64,000 nucleotides of DNA, from contig OZ024741.1 of the NCBI GenBank assembly GCA_964016885.1, forward strand, positions 184,946,001 through 185,010,000. The letters run 5' to 3'. The first letter of the stretch is position 1; each line of letters begins with the position of its first letter. The translations under genes were made by a program, and so were the position numbers. The stretch is from Eledone cirrhosa. Taxonomy: Eukaryota. The notes below the pieces were generated by a model that was not told the DNA's origin, searched no databases, and worked only from the letters and a program-made list of their open reading frames with translations. Of the stretch, positions 14,514 to 27,888 are shown in pieces.

Positions 14514-15215
14514 GGTTTCTGATTTAGGCACAAGGCCAACAATATCAATGGAGGGGCGATTAAATCGACACCATTCCTTTACTGCAATAATTGTTTCTAC
14601 ATTTGGCACAAGGCCAGCAATTTTGAGTGCAAGGGAAAAGTCGATTAAAATCGACACCAGTGCATTACTGGTACTTTATGTTATCGACCCTATAAGACTG
14701 AACGGCAAAGCAAACCTCGGCAGTATTTGAACTCAGAACGCAAAGGGCCATAACTCTATGCTGCAAAGCATGACTCCGCGCCTCTACCGATATTCCAATC
14801 CACCAATTGCGTTACTGTAATAATTGTTTCTACTTTTAGCACAAGGACAGGATTTATTCCAGTGCATTACTGGTACTTTATTTTATCAACCCCGTAATGA
14901 TGAAAATCAAAGCTAACCTCGCCGGATTTGAACTCAGACCGTAATGGAACGTAACTCTATGTTGCAAAGCATGGCGTCCGATCTTCTACCGATACTGCCA
15001 ATCCACCAATTACGCCACTGTAATAATTATTTCTAATATAGGCACAGGGCCAGTAATTTGGGGGGAAGGAAAAGTCGATTAAATCGACCTCAGTGCGTGA
15101 CTGGTACTTTATTTTATCGATCCTGACAGAACGAACGGCAAAGTTAACCTCGGCGGGATTTGAACTCAGACCGTAAAGCATGTTGTTCGACCCTCTATCG
15201 TTACTGCCAATCCAA
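14514..15215 (-). mobile_element. Cluster of four head-to-tail SINE family A copies (14514-14575 partial, 14586-14806, 14818-15012, 15021-15215)
   Basis: Repeated tttcta....ggcacaaggcc / ggatttgaactcaga motifs; copies diverged from each other. Confidence 0.8.
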
Positions 15216-16351
15216 TAATGGTGGTAACTTCGGTGCTGATGCTAATAACTGTTGTGGTGCTTGTTATGCTGGTGATAATGGTGGCGGGGTTAATGGCATT
15301 ATTGATCGGAATGGTAAAATTGATGTCAGTAAGATTGATTGCAATGCAGGTAATTTTAATTGTAGTTACTGTTGTGTTGGTGAAGGTGTTGAGGTTTGTG
15401 GTGATTTTGTTATTTATCTTCAGGTAAAGAAAGCCTGGCTTAGTGGATCTATGTCCCCAACCCATCCAGCTATACCCATGTGGCCTTTTTTCAGTAGGAG
15501 TGTATAAGAGCGTCTGTGTTCTAAGCTGTTAGAATGGGTTTGAATGAAGGAAATTTAAGCTTGCATCTGACAGACCTACATTCAACAGATTTTTATTCGT
15601 GCCTATCCGGTCTTATTTTATGACAATGTATGTTAAGGACAGTATTAATCATTGTAATCTAAACTAAATTAGATAATTATAATACCCCATAATGATTAAA
15701 TACATTGAAGTGTGATACCAATGACCTACTTTAGTTCTTTAATTTTTTTTGCTTCATTTCATTCTGCTAATTATGAAAATCAGTTCTGAAAAAAACTTCT
15801 TCGTTCGAGTTTAACTATGCTTTGCTAACGAGATAAAATAATACCGAAACATGCCCATTTCTGCCCTTTCGCCTGCAAACAGATCAGATTTCCCTTTAAA
15901 CAATGTAAATTAATTTTGTACAATAAATTTTTAAATAGTTGGAATTATTATTTCTTTACATTAATACTTATTAATCGTTGCCTCTAGAGGGAAATTTCAA
16001 TTAATTGAGAACTGTTTGCGTATGTAACGCTGTGCATCAACCGTTACTTCATTTTTCTAATTGTATGGTATTAGTCCACTTGAGCTATTTCCCTTAGTAA
16101 ATGTTATTTGATTATGGGATGCGGTTATGTTTTGACGTTGTTGTTGGAGTTGGCATTGTGGTCAGAGGCTGCGTGGTGGTGGTGGTGGTGATGGTGGTCG
16201 TCGTGGTAGGCGTGGTGGTGGTAGACGTGGTGGTGGTGTGTGTGGTTGTGTTTGGGGCTACATAATTGACGAAAGACGAAGGAAGTTTATTTATTATGGT
16301 TTGTATGTTTCTTACTTCCTTCTTTCTTTTTTCTATGTTTCTCTCTTTCTA

Positions 16352-16382
<31 letters not shown>

Positions 16383-16621
16383 TTTCCGAATCAACAATTA
16401 TATTGCGAATCAAATATATTAACAAAAATAACCATAAGAAAGGAAACAATAATAACCATAAACAATACATATATATTTGGGTCTGTGGTATATGGAGAGG
16501 AAATTGGATGGGTTGAGGGGAGAAGAGCCCCAGAAGGGTGGGATTTTAAGAGGGTGAAGTAGACAAAAGGCAGACAAAGAAGTAGTCATGATATATATAA
16601 AATATAGGAGTATGCATGCGA

Positions 16622-16673
<52 letters not shown>

Positions 16674-17170
16674 CTGCATACGTATAAAATATTATGTACA
16701 TATACATGTGTGGTAGTGGGGTTATTTGTCTCTACGTGTATATGTGTATGCATATATATTTGTGTATTTGAATGCATGAGTATGTAGCTAAGTGTTTGTC
16801 TCTGCGTGAGTGCATATGTGTGTATATGTTTGTATACATGCAGCCTTGCCTATGGGCAAGGCTGCATGTATGAATGTGTATGTACGTCTGTCAATGTATA
16901 TGTGTATCTGTACACGTGTATGTGTAGATATATGTTGTAGTTCTATGTGCCAATTTCCATGCGCGTATATGAGTCTATTTCTATGTTTGTAAATCTGTAT
17001 CTACAGGTACGTATTTAAGTGTATGTAAATGTAAGTATGTGTGTATAGGTATGAGTGTAAGTTTGTGTGAATGTATAAATGCGTGTATGGGTGTGCGGTT
17101 GTATGTATCTATAATTATGCTGTCTGAACGACTGGTCTGTTATATTATATAAAGCTACATTATGTAGTCC

Positions 17171-17251
<81 letters not shown>

Positions 17252-17345
17252 ACCACACACACATAAACACACACATACACACATTCATATATATACATGT
17301 GTGTGTCTGTGTGCGCGTGTGTGCGTCTATATGTATATATATATT

Positions 17346-17448
<103 letters not shown>

Positions 17449-17938
17449 TCTATTAATCTACGTATTTCAACGCAATTTTTCTAATCCATTGTATGTGTGT
17501 CTGTGTTTGTCGTCTGGAGTCTAGACATTCCAAGGAAGTGATCTGTAGCTGTATGTGTGTATATTTATATAATAAGACATATAGACTCTAAGATAAGGCT
17601 TAAACCGTTTCGATTACGAAATGGCAAATAAAAATCAAATGGGTGGCTATTAATTTCTCCCATTGAACGTCTCATTGAAGGTGGAATAATACCATGTTTA
17701 ATTGGTGGGAAGATACATTGGAGAACTAGAAAAGCAAAGCAACAATAGAAATCAAAACAAAAGTGTAATTGGAACATTCAAAAAATCTATGTAAAACAAA
17801 ATCTGATGAAACATAGACACATACATTAGAAGATATGACATTTGAACTATCTAGACTCATAAAACACAATCTTGACACGAAACTAGTTAAAACTACAACA
17901 CTCTACTCTCCACCTCTGCCACTAAATAATGGTTATAA

Positions 17939-17999
<61 letters not shown>

Positions 18000-18191
18000 C
18001 TGTCGTATCCCAGACCTCATTGACTCTTCTAATCGGTAGATTTGTCTGCAATTTCAAGGACCAACTGTACACGGATTATCTAGCTGCTGATATTTGCCTC
18101 TCGATCCATATACATGATTTCATAAGGTGTGTGTATATACATGTGCGTCACTATATGCCATTATATATCATTGTATATATACACGAATACA

Positions 18192-18436
18192 TGCATATAT
18201 GTATGCATGCGTGCATGTATTCACATATGACGGTTACGAAGAAAAATAGATACTCTACAGGAATTTAAAATATATTTATATACATGCTAACTCTCGTAAA
18301 TACTCGTAGGTTTGAAACCCACGAGTATTTACGAGAGTGAGCATGTATATAAATATATTTTAAATTCCTGTAGAGTATCTATTTTTCTTCGTAACCGTCA
18401 TATGTGCATACATGCACGCATGCATACATATATGCA
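18192..18436. repeat. ~245-bp near-perfect palindrome
   Basis: Arms meet at cgtaggtttgaaacccacg; only a few mismatches. Confidence 0.9.
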
Positions 18437-19248
18437 AGCAGATGAATGAATAGTCCGTTTCTTAAAAATTGTTTCGTGGAAATATTCCACAGAGAGAATT
18501 GAAGAAACTAACGTATTAGATTCTCGTCCTTCACTTGAGATCCATAAAGGGAGCAAGGAAGGGGGAGAGAGAGAGAGAGATTGGTGTTGTAACTGTCATT
18601 TTAAGCAAGAGATTGAAGGCATAACGTGAGCGGCTTTAAGGAGTGAAGGTGGAACTGATAAGTCGTGGTATTATCTTAAGCCTTTTGTAAAAAACATCTT
18701 TATTGCTGAAATTTCCCCTGAAAACCGATAATTGTTTAATGTTATTGAAGAGGGGAAGGAAGTAGCGTTTTAGAATTTCGTTCAACGGTGATTTAATATG
18801 ACTTCCGGGAAAAGAGGAAAATAAAATAACGATGACAATATCTTTGTTTTATATATTTTCTTTAAAATCAAGACTAAAACAGATTTGTTTTATAATGTTA
18901 GTATCCTAAATTAATTATCTGCACATAATTACAGTATAATTAAACATTCAATTTCAATCCTCAGGAACTAATTAGGTCCGAATATATACTAAAAGGATTC
19001 TATGCAGATCTTCAAATCCTATATAATTTGTTTTCGTCCCTTCATAAGTATGGCAATATTGATGTATAAAGTGTTATAATAATTATCTCACACTCCATTA
19101 CTAACGACAATAAATACTTTTATACTAAGTATTAAATTAAATACAAATTCGCACATCACAAATGTAGCTTTCCATCTTTATACAATCTCGAAACATTGAT
19201 ACATTCATATATACAAGACAAAACACACTCACACGTATAAACGCGCAC

Positions 19249-19280
<32 letters not shown>

Positions 19281-19286
<6 letters not shown>

Positions 19287-19449
19287 ATAAACATTTACAT
19301 GTTTTAGTTGCAATTGACTAATAAAATCGTTATTAGTCAATTGCAACTAAAACATGTAAATGTTTATCAAATATTAATTTATTCTGCTCAGAAGCGATTC
19401 TTAGAGCTGAAATAATTGTAAATGACCCCATTGAGTATAAACTCTAAGT

Positions 19450-19452
<3 letters not shown>
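19281..19452. mobile_element. Small TA-flanked hairpin (about 44-bp perfect arms) plus ~80-bp tail
   Basis: tatttgataaacatttacatg...catgtaaatgtttatcaaata followed by a unique tail and TA. Confidence 0.55.
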
Positions 19453-19517
<65 letters not shown>

Positions 19518-19522
<5 letters not shown>

Positions 19523-19707
19523 TATTCAAAATATTAATAAATGGAGACTTTCACATAATAAAAATATATGTTTTGATTATGTGAATGTCTCCATGTATTA
19601 ATATTTTGAATAATATTAATAATTCCAGAAAACTTCTTTGTTGAGTGCTTCTAATCTATTGTAAAACTATATTAATTGAATAATCAATGAACCTTGTTTA
19701 ACATTTG

Positions 19708-19710
<3 letters not shown>
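19518..19710. mobile_element. Small TA-flanked hairpin plus tail
   Basis: attattcaaaatattaata..ggagac..cacataat / attatgtg..gtctcc..tattaatattttgaataat. Confidence 0.5.
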
Positions 19711-19782
<72 letters not shown>

Positions 19783-19932
19783 TTTTATAACTGATATAAA
19801 GCACTCAACACTAATTTGCCTATTAGACCAATAATAAAATTAGTAACCCCACTATCCGGGAGCTTCCAACCGACATGGTCGCATTCTTTAAGGGTATGTC
19901 AATATTTGTTTATAAAAATTATCTATATTATA

Positions 19933-19993
19933 TTTTATCTGATGAAAGCGCACCATAATTTGCTTTGGTGTTCTTGAAATATGTATAATGAAA
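19933..19993 (+). ncRNA. Minimal hammerhead ribozyme in a ~260-bp TA-flanked insert (19779-20040)
   Basis: tttat-CTGATGA-aagcgcacca..tggtgttctt-GAAAT-atgt-ATA-atgaa. Confidence 0.7.
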
Positions 19994-20036
19994 TAAATAT
20001 GGTTTTATAAATATATTTTCCATTTGTTAATATATA

Positions 20037-20077
<41 letters not shown>

Positions 20078-20080
<3 letters not shown>

Positions 20081-20267
20081 CGAAGGAAATGTGGTAAGGA
20101 ACCAGGTGGACCAGAACGCACCAAAGTACTCAATACTTAGGGTAGTAGAGTGGGTAATAGGAACGAGTAGGACCCCGACGGCTGAGCTCAAGCCGTTTCG
20201 ACGGCTAATTCTGAATTAGCCTTCGAAACGGCTTGAGCTCAGCCGTCGGGGTCCTACTCGTTCCTAT
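20078..20267 (-). mobile_element. H190 hairpin-plus-tail element
   Basis: Reverse-orientation copy of 6706-6902, TA-flanked. Confidence 0.8.
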
Positions 20268-21461
20268 ATATATATATATATATATACGTATATGAGGGAA
20301 AGGTATGGATAGATGAATATAGATAGATAGAGAGAGTGATAGATTTCAATTTAATTACTCTACCACCACTCATTGTGGTTCGAATGCATCATTTTTATAG
20401 AAATCCTGAAATTATTGCAATATGATAGCAAGAACGATTATTTTAGAGAAATAGTAAACATTTAAGACCTCGAGTGATGTGATGGAATACAACAGGCTTA
20501 GTTTATCATAGAATCACCAGATCAGAAATAAATGCTCTACTTGAAATGATACCCTCGTGATTTAATGGTATATATTATTCGATTTAAACAGGCCTTAGAA
20601 AATAGATGAATCTGAAATTTTTATTATGCGTCTGCTCCATAGTCCAGAGGCTAAAATACAACAGCATCAGCACTAACAAAAGCAGCATCAAATAATAACG
20701 AACTAATTATGTTCCCCAGTATCTGTTGATCAGGACAAATCTGGGGCTACAAACAGAAAAAAAAATCAATATCAGCAGCAATATCAAAATGAGTATCAAC
20801 AACAACAATCATTAATAAAAAAAAAAACAATAACAAAAAACGGAAATTGAAGAATCACGACATGGTCGCTCGATAGGATAGAAATAGAAACCGAGTCTCC
20901 CTCAACTCATACGCTATCTGTATTTAAAAAATTGTAGATTGTGTAGTCACAAATGAACTATGCCGGGAACAAAGGGATGATCAGGGAACGCCTGTGATGA
21001 TAGAACCTCGCGACTAGGGTTTGAATTGCGGTTGTATAACACCAAGCACTATATAGTGGTGAGAGAGGCCATCTGTCAATTATTCTTACTGGTCTTACTC
21101 TTACCATTTCTTCACAACATACACCCTTCCTCGCAAACGTAACACACACACACGCGCACACACACAGATATATATATATTCAAAATCTAATAAAAGCCTC
21201 TCTCTCCATACGCAAAGGATAGAAAGATCTGTGAGAGAAGAGAAAAGAGGGTGTGGGTGGGAACACTAGCTTCCTTTATAAGTGTGTGCTGGCTCTCTTT
21301 GGGAAGAAGCGGCGAAGTTTGTATATGTTAGCGTAAATGCATATACATATGCATGTATATCTATATATATATATTTATATATACATATATATATATAGAG
21401 ATATATAGATATATAGATATAGATATATATAGGTATGTATGTATATATATATATAGGTATG

Positions 21462-21532
<71 letters not shown>

Positions 21533-21955
21533 TTATATATATATATGAAGCTTTTATAGTGAGCAAAGACATTGCACAAAGCCAGTCCCACTCTCTTAAC
21601 CAAGATGATATTTACCAAAAAGAAGAACAAGTCAATATCATTGGATACTATCAGGGTTGCAGGTGTTATATCAGAGTTTTGCTTCTCCTAGAATTCTGCC
21701 CTGACAAAGGCTAAGGGGTCATCTCCCTCGGCACAGGCATTGCTTTATATCTGGAGATCTCTCTGCACTTGTCGTCACTTGGTACCAAGGGCCCAGCACT
21801 ATGTGTCAATAATTGTCACAAGTGTAGTGTTTGTACCAGAGTTTTCAAGTCGCTGGCTGGCCCAAAAATTCACACTCGTTCAGCATATCGGTAGGGGTTC
21901 TCCTACATGGATATAAAGTATTGGCCGTACACTCGAAAACGAGTTGGCAGCCACC

Positions 21956-21988
<33 letters not shown>

Positions 21989-22039
21989 AATATATATATG
22001 TATATATGTGTGTATGTGTGTGTGTGTATGCGTGAGTGT

Positions 22040-22125
<86 letters not shown>

Positions 22126-22282
22126 GTAAGATGTCAAATGTGTTAAGGTTATAAGTATTTGTAGATGTATACACATGCACTCACTCATATACATACATAC
22201 ACACATTTAATGCGTGTGTCATTTATGATACGTTTGTGTAATTGTGTAGATTTGCAAAATAATATATTTATTAATACACTCA

Positions 22283-22365
<83 letters not shown>

Positions 22366-22395
22366 TACACACACATGCACACACACACACATATA

Positions 22396-22512
<117 letters not shown>

Positions 22513-22758
22513 GATATCTAATATTTATACACGTACAACTATATATATATATATGTGTGTGTGTGTATGTGTGTATCGTTTTGAACACAAGTATACAATT
22601 GTGTATGCTTGCAAAATTGCGTATCTACAACATACATCTATTTTGTCCGTCGGCACGAATTTATCTTGTACAAACATCTATTCAGACGCTAACAAAAACA
22701 CGGAGAGAGGGATAGAGCAAGTAAGGGAGCTAAATACAAAAGTACTTGACTATATGTA

Positions 22759-22794
<36 letters not shown>

Positions 22795-23078
22795 AGTATG
22801 TTTGTTGGGCTTATGCGGGAATAATATGTATGTTCGCATGGAACGGTGTATATATGTGTATATATATATAATAACATATTTATATGCATGTGTGTGTGGG
22901 GGGGGGGGTGTTATAAGGGTATGTATTTATCAAAATGCGTATAATTATGTGACCCACAAGCTCAAGGGTTCCTGCTGCGAGCCCATTCGGAAACTTTCCG
23001 CAAAATACACTTAAAACTATTTTTAGACACCCTCACAATTCCAGATTACAAAAAGGCCATTGCTGTTTGAAAGAGCTG

Positions 23079-23156
<78 letters not shown>

Positions 23157-24079
23157 GAGGTCTTATCAGCATAGAGGACTGTGTTCAGATGGAGAAAAAC
23201 AACCTATACAAATACGTGACCTATAGTAAGGAGCCAATGCTCAGAGCTGTACTGAAGGAGGGGACAGTAGGCCAGGGGATACCCAAGGAGGAAATAACAT
23301 CAAGGAGGAAGAGCAGCCTTAAGGGAAAATCCCTTCATAGTACCTTCTTTGAGAAAACTGAATTTAGAGATCCACAGACATGGAACTGGTTGAGAAGAGG
23401 AGACCTCAAAAAGGCTACAGAAGGAATGCTAATGGCTGCGCAGGAGCAGGCCCTCAAAGCGAAGTGGTTGAAGCACCATATCTACAAGGAGGAGGCTAGC
23501 CCACTGTGCAGGATCTGTGGAGAGAGAGAGGAGACTGTGGCTCACATTGTGTCCGAGTGTAAACACCTAGCCCAGACCCACTATAAGGGCTGGAGACACG
23601 ATGTGATGGGCAGGGTGATCCACTGGCACCTGTGCAAAGTAAACAATCTACCACATTCTGAGAAATGGTATGAGCATAGGCCAGAGGCGGTGATGGAGAA
23701 CAGTCAGGTGAAGGTGCTGTGGGATTTTAGGATACATACGGACAAAAAACTGGAACACAATAGACCTGACCTGGTGGTTGTGGACAAAGAAAAAAGATCG
23801 TGCCTGATTGTGGATGTGGCCTGCCCGTTCGACACGAGAGTGCAAGAGAAGGAGAGGGAGAAAATTAACCGATACCAGGACCTAAAGTGGGAGGTGAAAA
23901 GGATTTGGAACTGCCATGAAGTCAAAGTGATCCCGATTGTCATAGGCGCACTGGGGACTATCTCCAAAGGTTTCCAGGGATGGTTAAAGAAAATCGGCCC
24001 CTTCACGCTTTTTGGAACGCTTCAAAAGGCATGCTTGCTTGGAACGGCAAGAACCCTCCGATACGTCCTGAATATCTGA
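23157..24079 (+). pseudogene. C-terminal CCHC zinc knuckle + restriction-like endonuclease (PD..D) domain
   Basis: RGLISIE, CRICGEREETVAHIVSEC, RHD, HNRPDLVVVD, IVDVACPFD, EK..RY.DL, PIVIGALG, LQKACLLGT. Confidence 0.9.
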
Positions 24080-24152
24080 GGCTGCAGGTAGTGGCTTGAT
24101 ATTCAATCCAACGGACTTTCCAGTTAACCAACATCAATGACTGAGATTCAAG
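23157..24152 (+). mobile_element. 5'-truncated R4/Dong-type non-LTR retrotransposon in (AAT)n
   Basis: Flanked by (AAT)n on both sides; encodes the RLE C-terminus and has a short 3' UTR. Confidence 0.9.
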
Positions 24153-24434
24153 GAATAACAATAATAATAATAATAATAATAATGATTTCTTTATTAACCA
24201 CAAGGGTTTACATAAAGTAGACATTAAGGACATTGCAGGACAATGCAAGACGGTACAAATGGGCATTTCTGCGTGTAAAAAACAAAAACAGAGGATGTAA
24301 CAAAAAAATAACAACGAAAAATTCCCCAATAGGGGGGAGACTTCGGAGGGACATTTGTGGAGAAAGCCCAGTAAAAAGCCACAATGACCCTGACCACCAA
24401 GGCAAGTGCCCTCTCCCAGTTTTCCACCTTTAAT

Positions 24435-27400
24435 TTACAGATATATACTCAGAGTAGGCCCATTCACTCGGGCCATTCTTGCTTCTCTCACCCATCTTTC
24501 AACAAAATGCTGGGAAGAGAGCATTTCCCTCTCTACTCTGATTTTCCTTTTCAAATGAAATTTGAAAAAGTCAATCAGAGCATCACCGAAGTGGTAAGTT
24601 CTCGTCTTCAGCCCTTTCAAACGTGTCCACCATACTATCTCTTTCGCCATGGCCACCAGACAGATAAAAACTGCCTGCCCTTCCCGGCTAAAGGAGGCGG
24701 GCGGGGCAATCCTCCCGATGGACTCAGATGATAGCCGGATCCGTCCTAAACGCAACAGCAGGTGTTCGACATAAACCCACAAGTCAGCAATTTTCGGACA
24801 CTGGACGAGTGCGTGCAGGACGGTTTCGTCGCCCTGCGCGCATCTCGGACACGCCCGGCTGACGGCACCTCCATGCCTGTAGAGTTTATCCCGAACTGGC
24901 AAGGCTCCTCGGTAGCACTGCCAGGCCAGAGATTTCTGGAAGTTGTCCATAGGCCCTGGCCCGAAAGTTCTTCAGAAGAGATTGGCTAGTTGATTTTCGT
25001 CGACGCCTAGAGTTTCCCCAAGTACGTCGTCGCTCTTCCCCTCCACTAATCCTCTATAGAACGCCGAGCTGGAGTTTCCACCGATCACATTGCCCGATTG
25101 GTCGAGGGCTGTGAGCGCCTGAAGACATTCCAGTCTCCAAGCGCTCCCTCTCGGTCTTCGCTTGACCTAGGACTGCAGCTCCGTCAAGGGGACGAGCTGG
25201 GGAAAAACGTGTCTAGCAAACGGCGACCACACCTGATCACCGTCGAAGAAGAGGTGGAGATGTCGTAGCCTGAGCGCGTGTCTGCGCATCATCAGCCACG
25301 GCATGCCCAGCCCTCCACGTAGCGGGTGTTGACAGCAGATGGACCGCCTGACCATCGGAGCGCGTCCCTTCCACAAGAAGCGAAACAGCAAACGCTCCAG
25401 CGCAGTCAGGCGGGGCTTAGGACAAGGTACGACGGTCAGGCGGTAGTAGATGACGGATGCGATGTACGCATTCGCCACCTCCGCTCGACCTTTCAGGGAT
25501 AGCTTCCTCTCGGCCCATTTCTGGGTGAGAGAAGCCACCCCGCTCGTCACCTCGTCCCAGTTTTTGTCCGTCTGGAGGTCTGGACCGAACCAGACCCCTA
25601 GCAATTTAACCGGTCCGTCCGTCCAGCGCCCGACGACGCTGTTGGACGGCATGGACCTGCCTCTCCAGGTGCCGAGCTGCAGGCCCGCTGACTTTTCCTG
25701 GTTGATCATTGCTCCTGTCACCGCTTCGTATTCTCTTAGTGTAGTGCCGATCGCCTCGATGTGTTTGGCGTTCGACACCACTACGGTGACATTGTCGGCA
25801 TATGCTGACACGGATCTTCCGCATCCTAGTTCGCGCGGGACCCCCCTCAACGTCTCCAGTTTGTGCAGTAATGGCTCGAGAGTCAATACGTACAATAGGG
25901 ACGAGAGGGGACATCCTTGGCGGACCGAGCGCATGATGTTGAACGGTTCCGAAAGGTGAGCGTTCACTCTCACTACAGAGCAGATGTCGCTGTGCATGGC
26001 AGCGATCCAGCCTCTGAAGACGGGCCCAAAGCCAGCCGCCCTCAGGACTGACGCTAGGTAACGATGGTCGACCCTATCGAAGGCTTTCGATTGATCTAAA
26101 TTGATCAAAGACCCACCTTTGCCAGGTTCCCTAGCTACCCTCTCTACGATGTATCGCATGAGGTGGAGGTTGTCGTGGATGGATCTGTCGGGAATGGCGC
26201 ATGTCTGTGCCTCTCTCACCAGACCACCAACGACAAGCGCCAACCTCTTTGCTAGCACCTTGGCCAAAATCTTGAACTCTGTGTTTAGCAGAGTTATGGG
26301 CCTAAAATTATCTATGTTATCCCCCTTGTTCGGATCCTTTCTCAGCAGCGCCACCACTCCTCGGCTCACAGAGCTGGGAATTCTCCCGTTCTGTTGCCAG
26401 TTGCAGTAGACGTCCGCCAAGAGGCCTCCGAACAAGTTTGGCATTTGTACGTAAAGTTCATAGGGCAGACCATCCAAACCAGGCGATTTACCCCTTGTGC
26501 AACTAGTCATTGCATCCTGTACTTCAGCGGTTGTTATCGGCTTTTCGCAACACTCCGCCTCAGTGACCGAAAGCCGCGGCAGTCCGTCGAGGTAGACACT
26601 AAAGTCCATCCCTCGATCCGGCCCGCCACTGCCCCCGAACAGTTGAGCGAAGTGTCGCTGAAAAGCTTCACACATTTGCCCGGGATCGAGTAGCATGCGC
26701 CCGTCGTAGTCCACCAAAGACCGGATCGTGGCTTTGTTGCCACGACGCGCCTCCGCCACTCAGGCCCATTGAACGGCTTTCGTCCCCTCGTGTCTGAGAG
26801 CACGCACCCTAGCTCTGACAACGCAGCCTTCGTGCTTTGCATTGAAGAATTGGTCAAGGGCCAATTTCGCCGCAAGTACGTCGGTCGCGATGCCTTTGCT
26901 AAGCGCCTCATCTAATTTTCTAACTAGTACTCCCTCTGCTCTATTTTTCTCTATTGCTAAAGTCTTACTAAACCTAATGGACTCTATTCTAATTGCTCTT
27001 TTCAGAGCAAACCACCACTTGTTGTTGACGATGGCCCCCGTCAACGCCCGCTTAACTAGTTCGCTAATCCTGTCTCTGTAGGCCTTGCTCGCTGGTAAGG
27101 ACGCGTTTAGCTTCCAGTAGCCGGGTCCTCGCCTATGAAGCCTATCTAAGTCAAGCACACAGATCACGAATTTGTGGTTCGTGTAGCTGACTATCTTGAA
27201 TTGTGGACAGCCTATGCTAGACCTATCTATTTCCCTACAAAATACTCTATCTAGATATGATCTGGATGACCCTATGCGATTTGTCTAAGTCCACATTGGT
27301 ACATTCGGGAAATCCATTCGGTACCTGTCAGACAGTTCAAAACGTCTGAGCAGGTTGGTGAGACTCTTGCACCCTCCTTCCCTATCCACTAATCCCACAC

Positions 27401-27854
27401 AATCCCAGCGTGCATCTAAGATCCCGTTCCAGTCGCCCACTAACACTAAAGAGCGGGACGTTCCAAGAAAGGTCTCCAGACGCCGGAAGAAATCAGGCCG
27501 CCCTGCTCCTGTCGGGGAATAGACGGCCACTAACCTGAAAGCTTGCCCGTCTCCGCTGGTCACGTCCAGCACCACCAACTTACCTTCTGGGTCCAGGAAG
27601 ATGGCCCGTATGGCAAGATCCAAACCTCTCCGAAAAAGCACAGCAACTCCTCCCCCCGATCCCGGACGGCCGGGAGATGCGTACACATCGTAGCCGCCGA
27701 AGATCGGTGCGAAAGCCTGTGCTTCGGAGATTATGGTCTCGCTGATGGCCACTACATCTATGTTTAGTGACCTGAGGTCGTTGAGCAGGTGGCCCTGCTT
27801 CCATGACGAACCCAAGCCACGCGCATTTATGCTGCCTATTCTGAGTGAGGTCAT
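24435..27854 (-). pseudogene. Tx1/L1 ORF2: APE endonuclease, RT, C-terminal zinc-binding domain; single frame with 4 nonsense codons
   Basis: SINARGL, VAISET, GDWN, YWKLN, KSPGLDG, FRPITLLN, DQSKAFDRV, RQGCPLS, YADN(D), CPRC..ETVLHALVQC; ORF pieces share one frame. Confidence 0.92.
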
Positions 27855-27888
27855 GTTGAAAAGGAGTGGAAAAGATGGGAAAGACCAC

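Noticed and set aside
23060-23156. Poly-Asn N-terminus on the RLE ORF
   Set aside because: Chance in-frame reading of the AAT target tract upstream of a 5'-truncated LINE
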